Assembly: GCA_910592345.1 (NCBI GenBank)
Contig: CAJVPI010000048.1
Span: 1-64,000, forward strand
DNA length: 64,000 nt
DNA from: Paraglomus brasilianum
Taxonomy: Eukaryota
Reading direction: 5' to 3'
Position 1 is the stretch's first letter; every line of letters begins with the position of its first letter. Position numbers and translations under genes: made by a program. The notes under the pieces are model-generated. The model made no database searches. It was not told where the DNA came from and worked only from the letters and a program-made list of their open reading frames with translations. This document shows, piece by piece, positions 13,100 to 24,543 of this stretch.

Positions 13100-14116
13100 T
13101 TATCTAATCAAAAAGTGAAGGTTTCTTTCCTTGGCCAATTTTTGTAATTTTTTGAAGGCTTCTTGCTTCAAACGACGAGCCGTATTTTCTGATTTGCCAA
13201 GAATTTTGCTTATCTCCGAAAACTTATAATTTTTAGTAAATAGTGATAAATAATTTTTAACCGAGGGTAAATTGTGAATCTCCTTTTTTTCTCAAGAGTG
13301 TTTTTGGAGTAATTCAGGGCTAGATTTATCGCTCAATTTCATCTTTTTTTTTAATTCTTTTTTTTCTTCTTCGGTTGCTAGGTAATAGACATCCAGCAAA
13401 TTAGAAGGTTTTACTTTCGAGAGCAAGCGAACTAACAAGATCTCTTCTCGGTTCCCTAGGGCGTTAATTAAATTGTTAATTTGGATGGTAGTATCTTGAT
13501 GGCGAACTTGCTCGGCAGTCAACTCAGCATTTTCATCATCATGTAAAGTTTCCATTAATGAATAGGATTTGCTTTCCTTGTCATCATTTTGATAATTACT
13601 GTCATAATAAATCACGCTTTTTTCTTTCGTGCCAGACCCTTGATTAATAAATTGATTTTTGTTAATGAAACTTTGCATATATTGTTTAATTCAATAACCA
13701 GCATAAGTAGAAAATTTATTTTTGCTGTTTAAATCAAACTTTTCAACTGCTTTTATTAAAGAGGAAGTTCCCTCGGCTTTCAATTCTTCACGATCAACTT
13801 TTCTTCCGCCTGAGTAATATCCATTAGCAAGATACTCAACCAGATGTTGGTTATAATAAAGTAAAAAACGAATCGCCTTTTTGCCTTTAGCGACTTTTTC
13901 TTCACCCATTTTTTCTAGTTCTTTTTTCTTTTTTTTTAACTCACTTTTTAGTTTTTCAATCTCTCCTGGTGCTATCTGCTTGTTTTTTGTATTATTTTCC
14001 TTTTCGGCAATTTCCTTTTGCAGATTATTGATTGCGAGGAAAATTGTTATTACTGGTTTAGCCGCTTTCAGTAATTCTCTTTCTTCTTTGGCCGTGAGAG
14101 GAGTGATTTTATTCAT
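13100..14116 (-). CDS. rpoD: Divergent sigma-70 family factor, probably primary sigma (338 aa)
   Basis: Region 1.2 LTAKEERELL, region 2 LIKAVEKFD..SKNKFSTYAGYWIKQYM, C-terminal HTH; directly downstream of dnaG. Confidence 0.8.
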
Positions 14117-15767
14117 AATAATTTAAATTTAACAAAAATCTCTTAACGTTATCTAGTTCTTGTATGGTTGTATTAATAATTTTTTCTTTTTGAGGGTGGG
14201 GGGAAGAAAGAACGGAAGTCAAGTCATGGTTGCTGTCAAGTTCATTAGTGGGATAACTTTCCAAATGAGAATTATTGGAGGAGGAAGACATATAATAATT
14301 ATAGATATCATGGTACCTGGTCCGATTGACTTTGGTGGAAAAAAAAATAATTCTTTCACTAGAAAATAGCCAAAAAGTTCGCTCCTTAGCACAGAGATAA
14401 ATTATTTTTTTTTCTTTTTTTTCAATTAGTTCCCAGCCATAAATAGTTTGGCGATGGCGAGGATTGAAAGTCGGGAAATTTCATTTAACAAAATGAGGTT
14501 CAATTTCTTCTTTTTTTCATCCAGTTAAGGAGTTTATTTTTCCAATTAAGAAATCATAAATATTCGGTTTAAATTTTTGAAAAACCTTTGCTATTTCATT
14601 AATAAAGTGGTTGATTCTTTGCGGATTATCCTTGACTTCTCACTTGGCAAAATAGTGGTTGAGAATAAATGAGTAGGGATTTTCTCGGTTTTGGAGTATG
14701 GCCTGAATATTTTCTCTCTCTTGTTGACGGCAAATTTCATCTGGGTCGCCCTGGTAATCATTTTTTACCACTTCGCAGTCAATTTCTTGTAATAATAATT
14801 TTACGGCTACATTGACCGTGGCCTCTTGTCCGGCTTCGTCGCTATCTAAAAAGAGAATAATTCGCTTTTTCAATTCGGTTAAAAGTTTAATTTGTTCTTC
14901 CGATAAATTAGTTCCTAGCAGAGCCACACAATTTTCTATTCCTAACTTACTCAAACTAATGACGTCAAAAAATCCTTCTACTAAATAACATTCTTCTGCT
15001 CGGCTTTTTTTTGCTGATTGATAATTATATAACAAAAATGATTTTTGATAGTATTGATTACTAGGCAAATATTTATATTTTCCTTCTCCAGGTGGTATTT
15101 TTCCAATTTTTCGAGCAGCAAAGGCCACTAATTTTCCCTCTGGATTAGTTAAGGGGATGATTAAATTTTGAGCCGGAAAAAAATCACAAGTTCGATTATT
15201 TTCGGTTATTCAAACCAGATTAGTGGCTAGTAAATCTTCAGGAGAAAAGTTATCATTTTTCTGAGAAAAAAGCAAATTACTTAATTGTCAATTATTAATA
15301 CTACACCCTAAGTTAAAGTAATCAATAGTTTTTTTATCCAGTTGTCGCTCGTTTTGAAGATAATTCAATACTTCCCGACCTGGTTGCGTAAATAGGTTAT
15401 GTTGGTAAATATCAGTGATGAGAGAAAGTAAATAAAAGACTTTATTTTTCTCTTTTTGTTCCTGCTTTTTCTTCTCTTGTAGGATTGAAAGAGAAAAATA
15501 GCCCATTTGGCCAATTTCTTCCACTGCTTCTTCCAGGCTGATTTTCTTATACTGAGCCCAAAAATTAAATATGTCTTTGGCCTTAAAGCCACAAGTAAAG
15601 CAGGTAAATATTTTTCGATTAGGTTCAAAACTACAACTAGGATTTTTATCACTGTGAAAGGGACAAAGAAAAAAAACACTCCTTCCTACCTGTTTTAGAT
15701 TAAAATTTAACTGCTTAGTTAACAAACGAAGGATATCATTAGTGTTTAATAAATCCTTGTATCTCAT
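14109..15767 (-). CDS. dnaG: DNA primase (552 aa)
   Basis: CHC2 zinc finger CPFHSDKNPS..FTCFTC; TOPRIM LVEGFFDV, LFLDSDEAG, DPDE; one code-4 frame. Confidence 0.95.
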
Positions 15768-15877
15768 TAATAGATTTTACAAAAAACTAATCTTGAGGCA
15801 ACAGCCGAAAAAGTTTATCAAGATACTTATTTTCCATTACCATAAGGTTTATTTTCTTGCTGTTTTGTTATATAATA

Positions 15878-16048
15878 TTATTTTAGTCTTCTGCTTAATT
15901 CTTTTATTTCTTTCTTTAAATCATCAACATCATACTCTAAATCTTTAATTCTTTTGTCTTGTTTTTCGTAGCACATTTCAACACGGCTTTTGCTACTATG
16001 TCATTGTTTACAAAGAGGACAAGTTTTGGTTTCATAAACTTCATTCAT
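15878..16048 (-). CDS. Small phage-region protein, CxxC plus coiled coil (56 aa)
   Basis: MNEVYETKTCPLCKQWH...DLKKEIKELSRRLK*. Confidence 0.6.
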
Positions 16049-16057
16049 AATATAGTT

Positions 16058-16324
16058 TTATTTCTTCACCTTCTCTCATCCAGTAGGTTGTCATTGACTT
16101 TTGGGCTTATTTCCAGTTTTAACACTCACTTTGCCAGCAATACCACTCGCCGCACTACCACCAACGCCACTAAACAATAATCCTCTAATAAAAGCACCAA
16201 ACACAGTTAATAAAGCAATTCCAATTAAGTATCAAAAAGGACGAAAACCTCCAATACTCATTCCTTGCCAATAGACCACTATTTTAGTGATGAGTTCACC
16301 ACAATATTTAAAGATTGCTAGCAT
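16058..16324 (-). CDS. Phage small membrane protein (88 aa), virion-protein candidate
   Basis: MLAIFKY...FWYLIGIALLTVFGAFIRGLLFSGVGGSAASGIAGK; TM followed by Gly-rich basic tail. Confidence 0.7.
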
Positions 16325-16433
16325 AATAATTAATTTTTAGGTATTAAACAACTCAAATAAACACTATATTCACCTATACTACCACCAAAAAAAACCATAC
16401 TTTCACAAAACATACATTTCTCAAACATGATTT

Positions 16434-16757
16434 TTAATTCCCCGTGCTAACACTAGGACCTTGATTACTACCTTGGCTATCACTGGGAGGACTTTTTCAA
16501 TAACTTACTACTCAACTAATATTTATGAGAGCAAAAATACCAAGCACGGCAATATTAAGGAGGGGAGGAAACGCAAACCAACTATAAAGCATGTTGTAAT
16601 AGTAAATAAATACTCCGCTACAAGTGCCAGCAATAATTAGAATGTATTTGTTTTCTCAAAAAGTTAATAAGGTTTTTTTAGCATAACCTCAAATTCATTT
16701 GCCAACTTCTTTAAGGGCTTTAACAATAGTGGCTCCAATAGCGGCTTCGGTTAACAT
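16434..16757 (-). CDS. Phage membrane protein, 2 TM (107 aa)
   Basis: MLTEAAIGATIVKALKEVGKWIW...; two hydrophobic segments; TAA 16434-16436. Confidence 0.65.
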
Positions 16758-16805
16758 GATATTATAATTTTACTGAATTATTTAATAGAAAATACTCCAT
16801 AATTT

Positions 16806-16964
16806 TTACTTACTGTTTTTAATGGATTGTCAAATATCACTTAATTTTCATAAGTAATGGAGTTGAACGCACACAATAATAAAAATAGCGATAATAAGAA
16901 TTACTATCATTCATTTAACTCAGTTAGGATAATTACAATTACATTTATTTTTGGATTCTGACAT
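16806..16964 (-). CDS. Phage single-TM protein (52 aa)
   Basis: MSESKNKCNCNYPNWVKWMIVILIIAIFIIVCVQLHYLW... Confidence 0.6.
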
Positions 16965-16970
16965 AATTTT

Positions 16971-17261
16971 TTATAATTCTATTTTTTCGCTTTCATCCTC
17001 ATCCTTTTTCTCTAAATTTACTTCTTTTTTACCATTTTCTAAATCCTTTTCGGCTTGTTCTAATTTCTTTTCTCATTCTAATTGTTGTTCTTGCTCTTTT
17101 TCTTTTTTTCTCTCTTTACGATAAAAGATAACAAAGTCAATTATCATCAGTAAGAAAGTAATCGCCAAATAAATCCGCAAAGGTCATCAATTACCAATCG
17201 CGGTGGGGAGGATACAGAGGATAAGTCCCGTTAGTCAAAGAAAAAAATTTTTACCATCCAT
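16971..17261 (-). CDS. Phage protein, 2 TM plus charged coiled-coil tail (96 aa)
   Basis: MDGKNFFLWLTGLILCILPTAIGNWWPLRIYLAITFLLMIIDFVIFYRKERKKEKEQEQQ... Confidence 0.65.
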
Positions 17262-17268
17262 AATATTT

Positions 17269-20200
17269 TTATTTGTTTTTTTTAGTAGCAGCGGCCATAA
17301 TCGCAATAATTATCCCAATAAATAAGAAAATGTAAGTTAGGGGATGGCTAAAAACTACTTCTCAATAAGGTTTATTGGATTTCATGCCTTCTTCCATTCC
17401 CGCAGGTTTCATGGAACCAATATTTTTAAGTTTGTTAATCGCATTTAGACTATCGGTAAAGGAGAATTGACCGCTAAAATTATTATCAGTTTCAGTTCCT
17501 ACGCTTTCGTCTCCTGCTCCCACGTCATATTTGGCACCACTTTGTCAATAGTTAGTTCATTGCGAGGCATTTTCCCCAGCAGTAAAGCGTTGACCTTCCT
17601 CTTTAAACATTTTTTCTTTTTCTTTGGGAGTGGCTTTTAATCATTCTTCGTGTCTTTTTCGACGCTATTCGGTGTCAACACCAGGAGGACCATAACGAGG
17701 ATTTTTTTCAATTCATTCTTCCACAATTTTATCTCTTGGGTCAGGTTGGCGTTGTTCGGATGGTTTTTGTTCGTTTTCTTTGGCCTCTTTTTCTCGTTTT
17801 TGGCGGGCTTTTTCTGCCTCTCGATTAGAGGTTATTTCCTCCCACAGTTTCTTTTTTTGCTCCTTGGTTTTGGCTTCCTTGTAGACCTTCTTTAATTCTT
17901 CCTTTTCTTGCTCGGTAAAAACTGGGTTATGGTCGACCATTTGGTTATACATGGCTTCGGCACTTTTTTCGTGAATGGTATCGAACATTTTATCTAACAT
18001 CTCCGCCATTTTGGTCGGATTATGAGAGGCTAATTTTTTGAGAATGTTAGCAATCATGGCGGGGTCAGTATAAGCCGTTTTTAGGGCTTCATATTCCTCG
18101 GGGGTTATTCCTAAATCATTGAGGTCATTAGGTTTAACATTATCATCGGTGTTTTTTTTGGTTTCGGGAGTTTCGTTTTTGACTGGTTCTTTTTGGTCGG
18201 GAGTTAGTTCGGTTATTAGTTCTAGGGCGTCGGGACCTAGGCGAACCACAGTTCCTTTTAGTTTACCGACTAATTGAGCGAGGGTTTTGACATTGTTGGC
18301 AGGAGTTTTGCGGTTGATAAATTTTTCGTTAATTTCTTGGGTGGAGTAGTTAGAAAAAATGAGGTAGTGAGAAAAACCATTGTCGGAGTTGATGGTTTCA
18401 ATGTCGTCTCCTCATCAATCCTGCTTATCTTTTGAATAGTTTAATTGGTTGGTAATTCATAGGATAGAACGATTGGGGCCTGAGCCTCAATTGGCTATTT
18501 TACCATTTCCCATTGCCTTAAAACCACCAAATAATTTTTTTTCTTTTAATTTGCCAATAAAATGTCCTGTGTAATCCAAGTCAAAGGCTTTATCATAAGT
18601 TCGCATTCAACGGGTAAACATCATAGATTTTTGCCTTACGCCAGGGACGCCAAATTGCACTCCTCCTTTTTGGGCTCCTGACCTCCTAAAAGGCCAGTAA
18701 TTAAAACCTAGTTTCTTACTTCTTACATCCTCTTCTTGTTTTCCAGTAATTAATAATTTGGTCTCTTCTCCTCCTTCTTTGGCTGATTCAGTGTTTTTAA
18801 CTAATCGCTCATAACCTTTAATTGGTTCGGTTTTATCGCCGACTTGTCTTTCTAGGTTCGTAGGTCAAAAGAAATTGTGGAGGACATTGGAATAGTCATC
18901 TTTTCTTTCTACTTGCCTTAAACAAAGGAGTAAAGTAATGAAATCACCTTCGCCATGTCGTAGAGCAGAAGCAGTGGCAGGGTCTTTTACACTTCAATCT
19001 GGGAAGGTGCCACCTTGAAAAGGCGAGTGTTCAATATCCATATTAAACCCCATACAAATCCAAGGTAATTTGGCCGCTTCTTCCTTAGTAATAGTTCCTA
19101 ATGGCATACCTAAACCAGGAGAGGGAGTAAAAGGTTGATTATGACCTTGTTCTTTGGAGTCTTTATCTAAGGCGCCAGAGAGAGAATTCAGGGTCTCATT
19201 GAGGTCCGAGGAGTTAAAACCAGTTTCAACAGGAGGCTTAGTTTCTTTACCTTTTAGTTTGTCCTCCGCGGCTTGACGGGAGGGGGATTTGTCCCGTTTA
19301 GTGTTCTTGGGTGGCTCCGTAGGCTTAGGTTTGTCATTATCATCTATATTATCATTTTTATTATTTTTTAATTCCTCCTCCTTTTGTTCTTCGGGTTTGG
19401 CTTCTCATTCTTGGAATTCTTGTCTTAATTTGGTGTCATCTCCTTCATTTAATACTCAGTCCACATCAACTTTTTTAATATCTCTTAATCATTCAGCAAA
19501 ATTAGCATCTTTCGGTTTTAAACCAATATCAATTCATTCCCTCACTTCGGCATAAGTAAAACCTTTATTTTCTCAACTGGCTTGTAAATCAGGGTTATTT
19601 TTAAAAGCCTGGTTAATATTCGCTCAATCGGGGTTCTCTCTTTGGCGGCGTTCTTCTTCCTGGCGTTGTCTTTCTTCTCTTTCTCGTTGTTCTTTGGCAT
19701 AGTCGCGGTGAAAACCATCAGTGGTAGGAATTTCCTCTAAATTGACGGGAGTATCATCAGGATTGCCACTGACTACTCCCACTTTAGCAATTCAGGTTAA
19801 AATCTGTTCTTGGTAAAAGTTAAATTCGGTTTGATTTTGGGGTGGTGGGGGGTTATCGGAACCGAAAATTTTGACGAAAAATTTGTCCGCATTCTTACCA
19901 AATTTCTTTTTTAATCTATCTTTGACATCACTCAGAAAATTATTTCATTGGCCTTGACTGGTAAAACCCGGGACATCTTTGGGTATATAATCTGAGCGGA
20001 CAAAAGCGTCTAAAACTTGAAAGCGAACTCGTAAAAAATAGGCTATTTGAAGATATTTTTTGAGGGCTTGTAAACGAGGACTAGGATTATTTTGTAAATC
20101 AGGGTAATTTAAACCTGCTCGACTGAGGACACAATTATCAACCGCACTATATAAGCCCATACGAACCGAGGAAAATAATTGTTCAAAGGAACCACCACCA

Positions 20201-20625
20201 AAACCACCTAATCTTTTGAACTGGTCGTAAAAAAGTCGCACGGCTTCAATAAATAAGTCAGTATTAATTTTAAATCTCTTATAAACCAGAGCATCAGTGC
20301 CGACATTTTGACCTTTGCCGGGAAAATGTTGCTCTAATTCTTGGGCGACTTCTTCAAACTCTTTAATGTTATCCTCGTTGAGGATGGTTGGGAAATTTCG
20401 GACAGATTGTTTGTTTTCGCCTCTTTTTTGGAGAAACTGTCAAATAAGGGGCGAACACTTTTTTAGTCCAAAAATGAAGTCTTTTTCCCCTTTTTCGGTT
20501 AATTGAGGTAAACCGCCATAAAAATCATTTCAGGCAGGTCAATTCCGCTGATATCACTGATAAGCGGCTAATTCTTGCTCGTTTTCTAATTGTTCTAAAT
20601 CTTTTTGCGTAAATTTGCTAACCAT
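17269..20625 (-). pseudogene. Large C-terminally anchored phage protein (pIII/adsorption-protein candidate), 1118 codons with one in-frame TAG at 17665-17667
   Basis: Hand translation in code 4 shows no TAA/TAG from ATG 20625 to codon 987. The frame then stays open 131 codons to a TM (YIFLFIGIIIAIMAAA) and KKNK*. Confidence 0.7.
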
Positions 20626-20951
20626 ATTTTTTTAAATTTGTTGCTGTTTTTGCTAAATATTAGGGGGTTTATTAAGGATTAGTCAGGGTTTTACTTCTGA
20701 CCTTTCGGGGAGTGATTTGGGCTTGTTTTTCTTCATTATATTTCATGGGAGAAGTGATTTTTTAATAATTTTCCAAAATGGCTAATTTTGGTCTATTGAA
20801 GGTTAAGGGCTACCGAAGCATTATTATCAGGCACTTTGGCTAGAATAAAAAAAGAGCGGAACAGAAAGGGTCGAAAGGAGAGGAATAAACAGGTTATTTT
20901 TTTTTACTTTGTAAAACCATTTTTTTCAGGTATAAAGGTTTTAAAAAAACC

Positions 20952-21257
20952 ATGAAAAAAATTAAAAATAATTGAAAAAATTTTGAGTTTGAAAAAAGCG
21001 AAGTTGTTCCGGTGAATAAGGCCGTTGAGCCAATTGAAGTTAAGGTTGAAATTCGCCAATGTGACTTCTGCGGTAAGATAATTACTCGCGACTGATGCGA
21101 GGATGATGAAGTCGATGAAAATGATTTTGCTCGAAAAAGTGTTTTAAAAAGGGTAGCGACTGATATGGAGACTGATGAGATAACTAATCTCGCTCTGTTG
21201 CTCTGATTTTTAACGGCCTTTTTCGCTGTTTCCCATTACGCTCAACACACGGCCTAA
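20952..21257 (+). CDS. Counter-oriented phage protein with CxxC (101 aa)
   Basis: MKKIKNNWKNFEFEK...RQCDFCGKII...; the only clear + strand ORF inside the element. Confidence 0.55.
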
Positions 21258-21355
21258 ATCATGACTGCCGCCGCTCAGGACTGCGTCCTAGTAAAGGAGA
21301 TAGCGGTCGGAATAGTCGGAACAATAAACCTGGTCTCCTTTAACATTGGCCGCGT
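21247..21355. other. Multi-stem, pseudoknot-forming intergenic element in the prophage
   Basis: Complementary pairs 21247-54/21348-55, 21271-75/21302-06, 21277-81/21285-89 and 21292-300/21334-42. Confidence 0.55.
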
Positions 21356-21382
21356 TTTTTATTCACTTTACTCAACCACCGA

Positions 21383-21553
21383 TTAAATAATTTTGACTAG
21401 AAAACTTATTATCGAATAAGCCAACATTCCTCATATAAATAGTTCTTCTCATCGCTCAGCTTGTTCCAAAACAAAAATCTTTTCTCATTTTTTTCAGCAA
21501 AAAATTATCCAAACCACCAGAGCAATGGTGTCTAAAAGTCATAAGTCTAACAT
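21383..21553 (-). CDS. Phage small 2-TM protein (56 aa)
   Basis: MLDLWLLDTIALVVWIIFCWKKWEKIFVLEQAERWEELFIWGMLAYSIISFLVKII*; start overlaps the ATPase stop. Confidence 0.6.
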
Positions 21554-22521
21554 TTTTTATCTTTTGGGCTCGCCGTTTCACGGCTCCCAGGGTTTTTATC
21601 TTTGCTATTCAGCAAAGAGGACTTGGGTTTTTTTGTAAATCACTTTTTAACTTTTTGTCAGAAAGTAGGAGTTGGTTTTTCTTCCACGATAAAGAATTCA
21701 TCCTTGATAACGTCTTTTAAGGCATTAGGGACAGGGATTTTTCCTGGGGGAACTTTAAATTCTTTTCTATTCTTGTTTAATAACGGCAATAAGGCTTTAA
21801 AGAATTTAGTGTCATAATTTTGAAAATCTTTCTTTTGGAGGAAAATTTTGTATTCTTTAATATTCAGTCTTTTTTTGGCTTGGTCGTAATCACCACCACT
21901 AAACAGACTAAAAAAACCGCCTTTTTGGTAAGGGGCCATGTTAGAGGACCATTCCTCCGCTAATTTAAGGTCTTCATAGGCTTCAATTCTTAACACCGAA
22001 CACCAGGGCAAAAATAAAGGGGTGTAAATACCTTTAATTTTAAAGTAGATATTAGCGATGTCGCGAATTTCCACTCACAATTGATTGGTTCTCTGGACGG
22101 AAAAGAATACTTTTTTATCAAAATGGCGAGCAAAAACGCAAAAATCAGCAATACCTGAATTAACCTTGCGGTTTTTTAAGTATTCAGTGCCGCGAAAATA
22201 AACATTCACTTCATCGACAAAATAATTGGCAGGCTCTTCGGGTATCTTATATCTGCCCCGCACATCGGCATAATCTAATAATAAGGTCTTATTTCCTTTT
22301 TTCTTATGTCAGAAATTAGTATAAGTATTATCTAACCGATTAACTAACCAGGAAAAAAGGAGACTTTTTCCCTGGCCCAGCGAGCCAAATACCACCGCTA
22401 AACTTACTTGTTCCTTTACTAAACGCTTAAATTGATATTGTTTTCATCAGATAAGGAGAAATTGAACTAGTCCGCAGATTAAGCCGATTATTAGACATCA
22501 TTTAATTATTGTTCCAGTCAT
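21547..22521 (-). CDS. Zot/pI-like filamentous phage morphogenesis ATPase (324 aa)
   Basis: N-terminal TM, Walker A FGSLGQGKS, Walker B YFVDEV, family motifs ARHFDKKVFFSVQR and IRDIA. Confidence 0.88.
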
Positions 22522-22530
22522 TTTTTTACT

Positions 22531-22980
22531 TTAAATAGTTTCTTTATCTTCTTCTTTGCTCTTAGTTTGGCGATGAATTATCAATAATAAGACAGGTAAA
22601 ATCAAAATACTTCAAAAAGAACTGGTTATCTGGTAAACAGTAAAAGTTAGAAGAATCGCAAGACCGCCCAAAAAGAAAATTTTGGCAAGTTCTAAATCTG
22701 TTTTTCTACTTCTTTTTATTGCTTTACAAGCGTTATTACACACTTTTTCACAGCAATGACACCTTTTTTTGGTTATTTTTTTTCTACTTTTAAAAGCATC
22801 GAAAAGACAAGCCAAAGTTAAACCAAGCACTAATAATGTTAAACCAATTCCAAACCTAAATATGATTTTTTTGTCTTGCTGGTTAATCTTGGTTAAACAT
22901 TCTTCATGAAAATAACCTCTTTCTCTTTTTCACATTTCCTCACCACTAGGGATTTTTTGATAACATTTATTACATTTCAT
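22531..22980 (-). CDS. Phage membrane protein with Cys/His zinc-finger-like segments (149 aa)
   Basis: MKCNKCYQKI...FHEEC, TM, CHCCEKVCNNAC, then two more TMs. Confidence 0.7.
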
Positions 22981-23014
22981 AGTCTTTTTTTTGTTGATTT
23001 AATAAACTTCTACT

Positions 23015-23230
23015 CTACCATTCTAGACAACTAAGGATAAATTTCATTGTATTTCAGACTAATCAGACTAGTTTGTAGAGTATAAAAACTACAATTAAAG
23101 CACTAATTAGGACTACCACCTGTTCCATTTGCGGATTAAACGGAGCATTTAAACCTTGATAAACTATCTTGGAAACAAAACTCCGCACAAAACTTAACGA
23201 ATTATTTCTAAATAAATTGTTGTAGTCCAT
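23015..23230 (-). CDS. Phage single-TM protein (71 aa), coat-protein candidate
   Basis: ...QVVVLISALIVVFILYKLVWLVWNTMK...; start overlaps the upstream stop (TAATG). Confidence 0.65.
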
Positions 23231-23409
23231 TATTTTTTCTTAAACATTCACCGCACTAACCAATAAGGAGTTAAGGCTAACATTACCAAGAGCCAAAACC
23301 CAAACAGGGCGGCAATTAATCAAATAATATCTTTGGCAAATTGACCCTCAATTTTGGCTCCGTTCATAGTCTCGACCAACTTTAAAAAGGTTTGATAAAC
23401 TCCTGTCAT
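23230..23409 (-). CDS. Phage single-TM protein with basic C-terminus (59 aa), coat-protein candidate
   Basis: MTGVYQTFLKLVETM...IIWLIAALFGFWLLVMLALTPYWLVRWMFKKK*. Confidence 0.7.
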
Positions 23410-23433
23410 ATGGATATAGGGGGTGGTAAACCC

Positions 23434-23637
23434 TTATTTTTTAGGGTCATTTTTGTCTCGGTAAAGTTCGGCATAACTTTCCAACTGTCCTTTTTTACCT
23501 CAACTTCTTTCATTTTCTAAGTCTCTTAAAAATCCACTATAAAACACTTCCTCACCACTTAAATCATTACTGATTTTTAACACCACTTTTTTATATTCTT
23601 GGTGGTCTTTTTCGTATTTAACTATATATACTTTCAT
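23434..23637 (-). CDS. Small soluble phage protein (67 aa)
   Basis: MKVYIVKYEKDHQEYKKVVLKISNDLSGEEVFYSGFL...; function unknown. Confidence 0.55.
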
Positions 23638-23769
23638 ATTTTTTTTCTATTTTTTGATATTCCGCTCAATGTTGTTGATACTGAGGACAAACATATTTTT
23701 CTAATGGGTCCTCTTGGGCTTTTTTACAACCTCAACAACCCGAGCGATAAATTAATTGAGACATAATTT

Positions 23770-23925
23770 TTACTTTAAAATCTCGCTTTCAACGACTTTC
23801 TTCGCTTCATAATCGCGGAACTTGTTGGCTAGGCAGCCATAACAAGCCCCTAAATTGGGGTTTCAACGGACTCAAAATTGTTTGGTTTCTTTTTCCTTTT
23901 CACAATAGATACAAATTCTTATCAT
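23770..23925 (-). CDS. Small CxxC...CxxC zinc-finger protein (51 aa)
   Basis: MIRICIYCEKEKETKQFWVRWNPNLGACYGCLANKF... Confidence 0.6.
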
Positions 23926-23930
23926 TTTTT

Positions 23931-24050
23931 TTACTTATTTTTTCACATGTTAATTATCACTCATAGACAAATAATTAATCCTGCTCCTCAAAAAAATATC
24001 AACTTGATAATTTCTCAATTTTCTTTAATTTTTTTTCAAATCTTTAACAT
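23931..24050 (-). CDS. Very small single-TM phage protein (39 aa), pVII/pIX-sized
   Basis: MLKIWKKIKENWEIIKLIFFWGAGLIICLWVIINMWKNK*. Confidence 0.55.
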
Positions 24051-24087
24051 AACACTTTGCTAGCACATATTTTATCCTTGGACGTTT

Positions 24088-24270
24088 TTAGAAACCAGTG
24101 ATTAGTTTTCGAGTAGTTTTGACCCCTAAAAATAATAGGTAAAAACCCAACGGGAGTAAAAAAACTGGATTGGCTTGTAAGAAGCCACAGAATTTCATCA
24201 CTACCCCGTGGTTTTGGTCAAAAATAATTTCATACGCATAACCAATCGACTGTTTAATTTCGTTAATCAT
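24088..24270 (-). CDS. Major coat protein candidate (60 aa)
   Basis: Amphipathic N-terminus, TM (VFLLPLGFYLLFLGV), basic C-terminus (KTTRKLITGF), the pVIII-type layout. Confidence 0.65.
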   Translation of the reverse strand: MINEIKQSIGYAYEIIFDQNHGVVMKFCGFLQANPVFLLPLGFYLLFLGVKTTRKLITGF

Positions 24271-24543
24271 ACTTTTTTTTGCTTTTCTATTTTCCGTATC
24301 GCGAATGGGAGGGGAGTAAAACTAACAACCCTTTTTTTAATCTTTTAGGTAAAACATTCTCAACTTTTTTTCTCCTTTTGACCCCCGCTTAACGAGAAGG
24401 GGAAGGGAGAAGGAGAGGAACCGCCAAAACTCGGACTGATTAATCCTTTGGATAAAATATCCTTGAATGTTTTTCACAGTCATTAGTCTTTTTCATTTAT
24501 CCATTAGGAAGAGGGAAATTTAACCTAAAAACCCTTGCTTTAC

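Noticed and set aside
16330..16428. 32-codon ORF MFEKCMFCESM...
   Set aside because: Too short, with no recognisable feature beyond one CxxC.
21172..21200. CTGATGAG plus hairpin resembling a hammerhead ribozyme core
   Set aside because: The required GAAA after stem II is absent, and the sequence lies inside the 20952-21257 ORF.
23618..23764. Possible small Cys-containing phage gene frameshifted at an A5 run
   Set aside because: Both pieces are too short to support without homologs.
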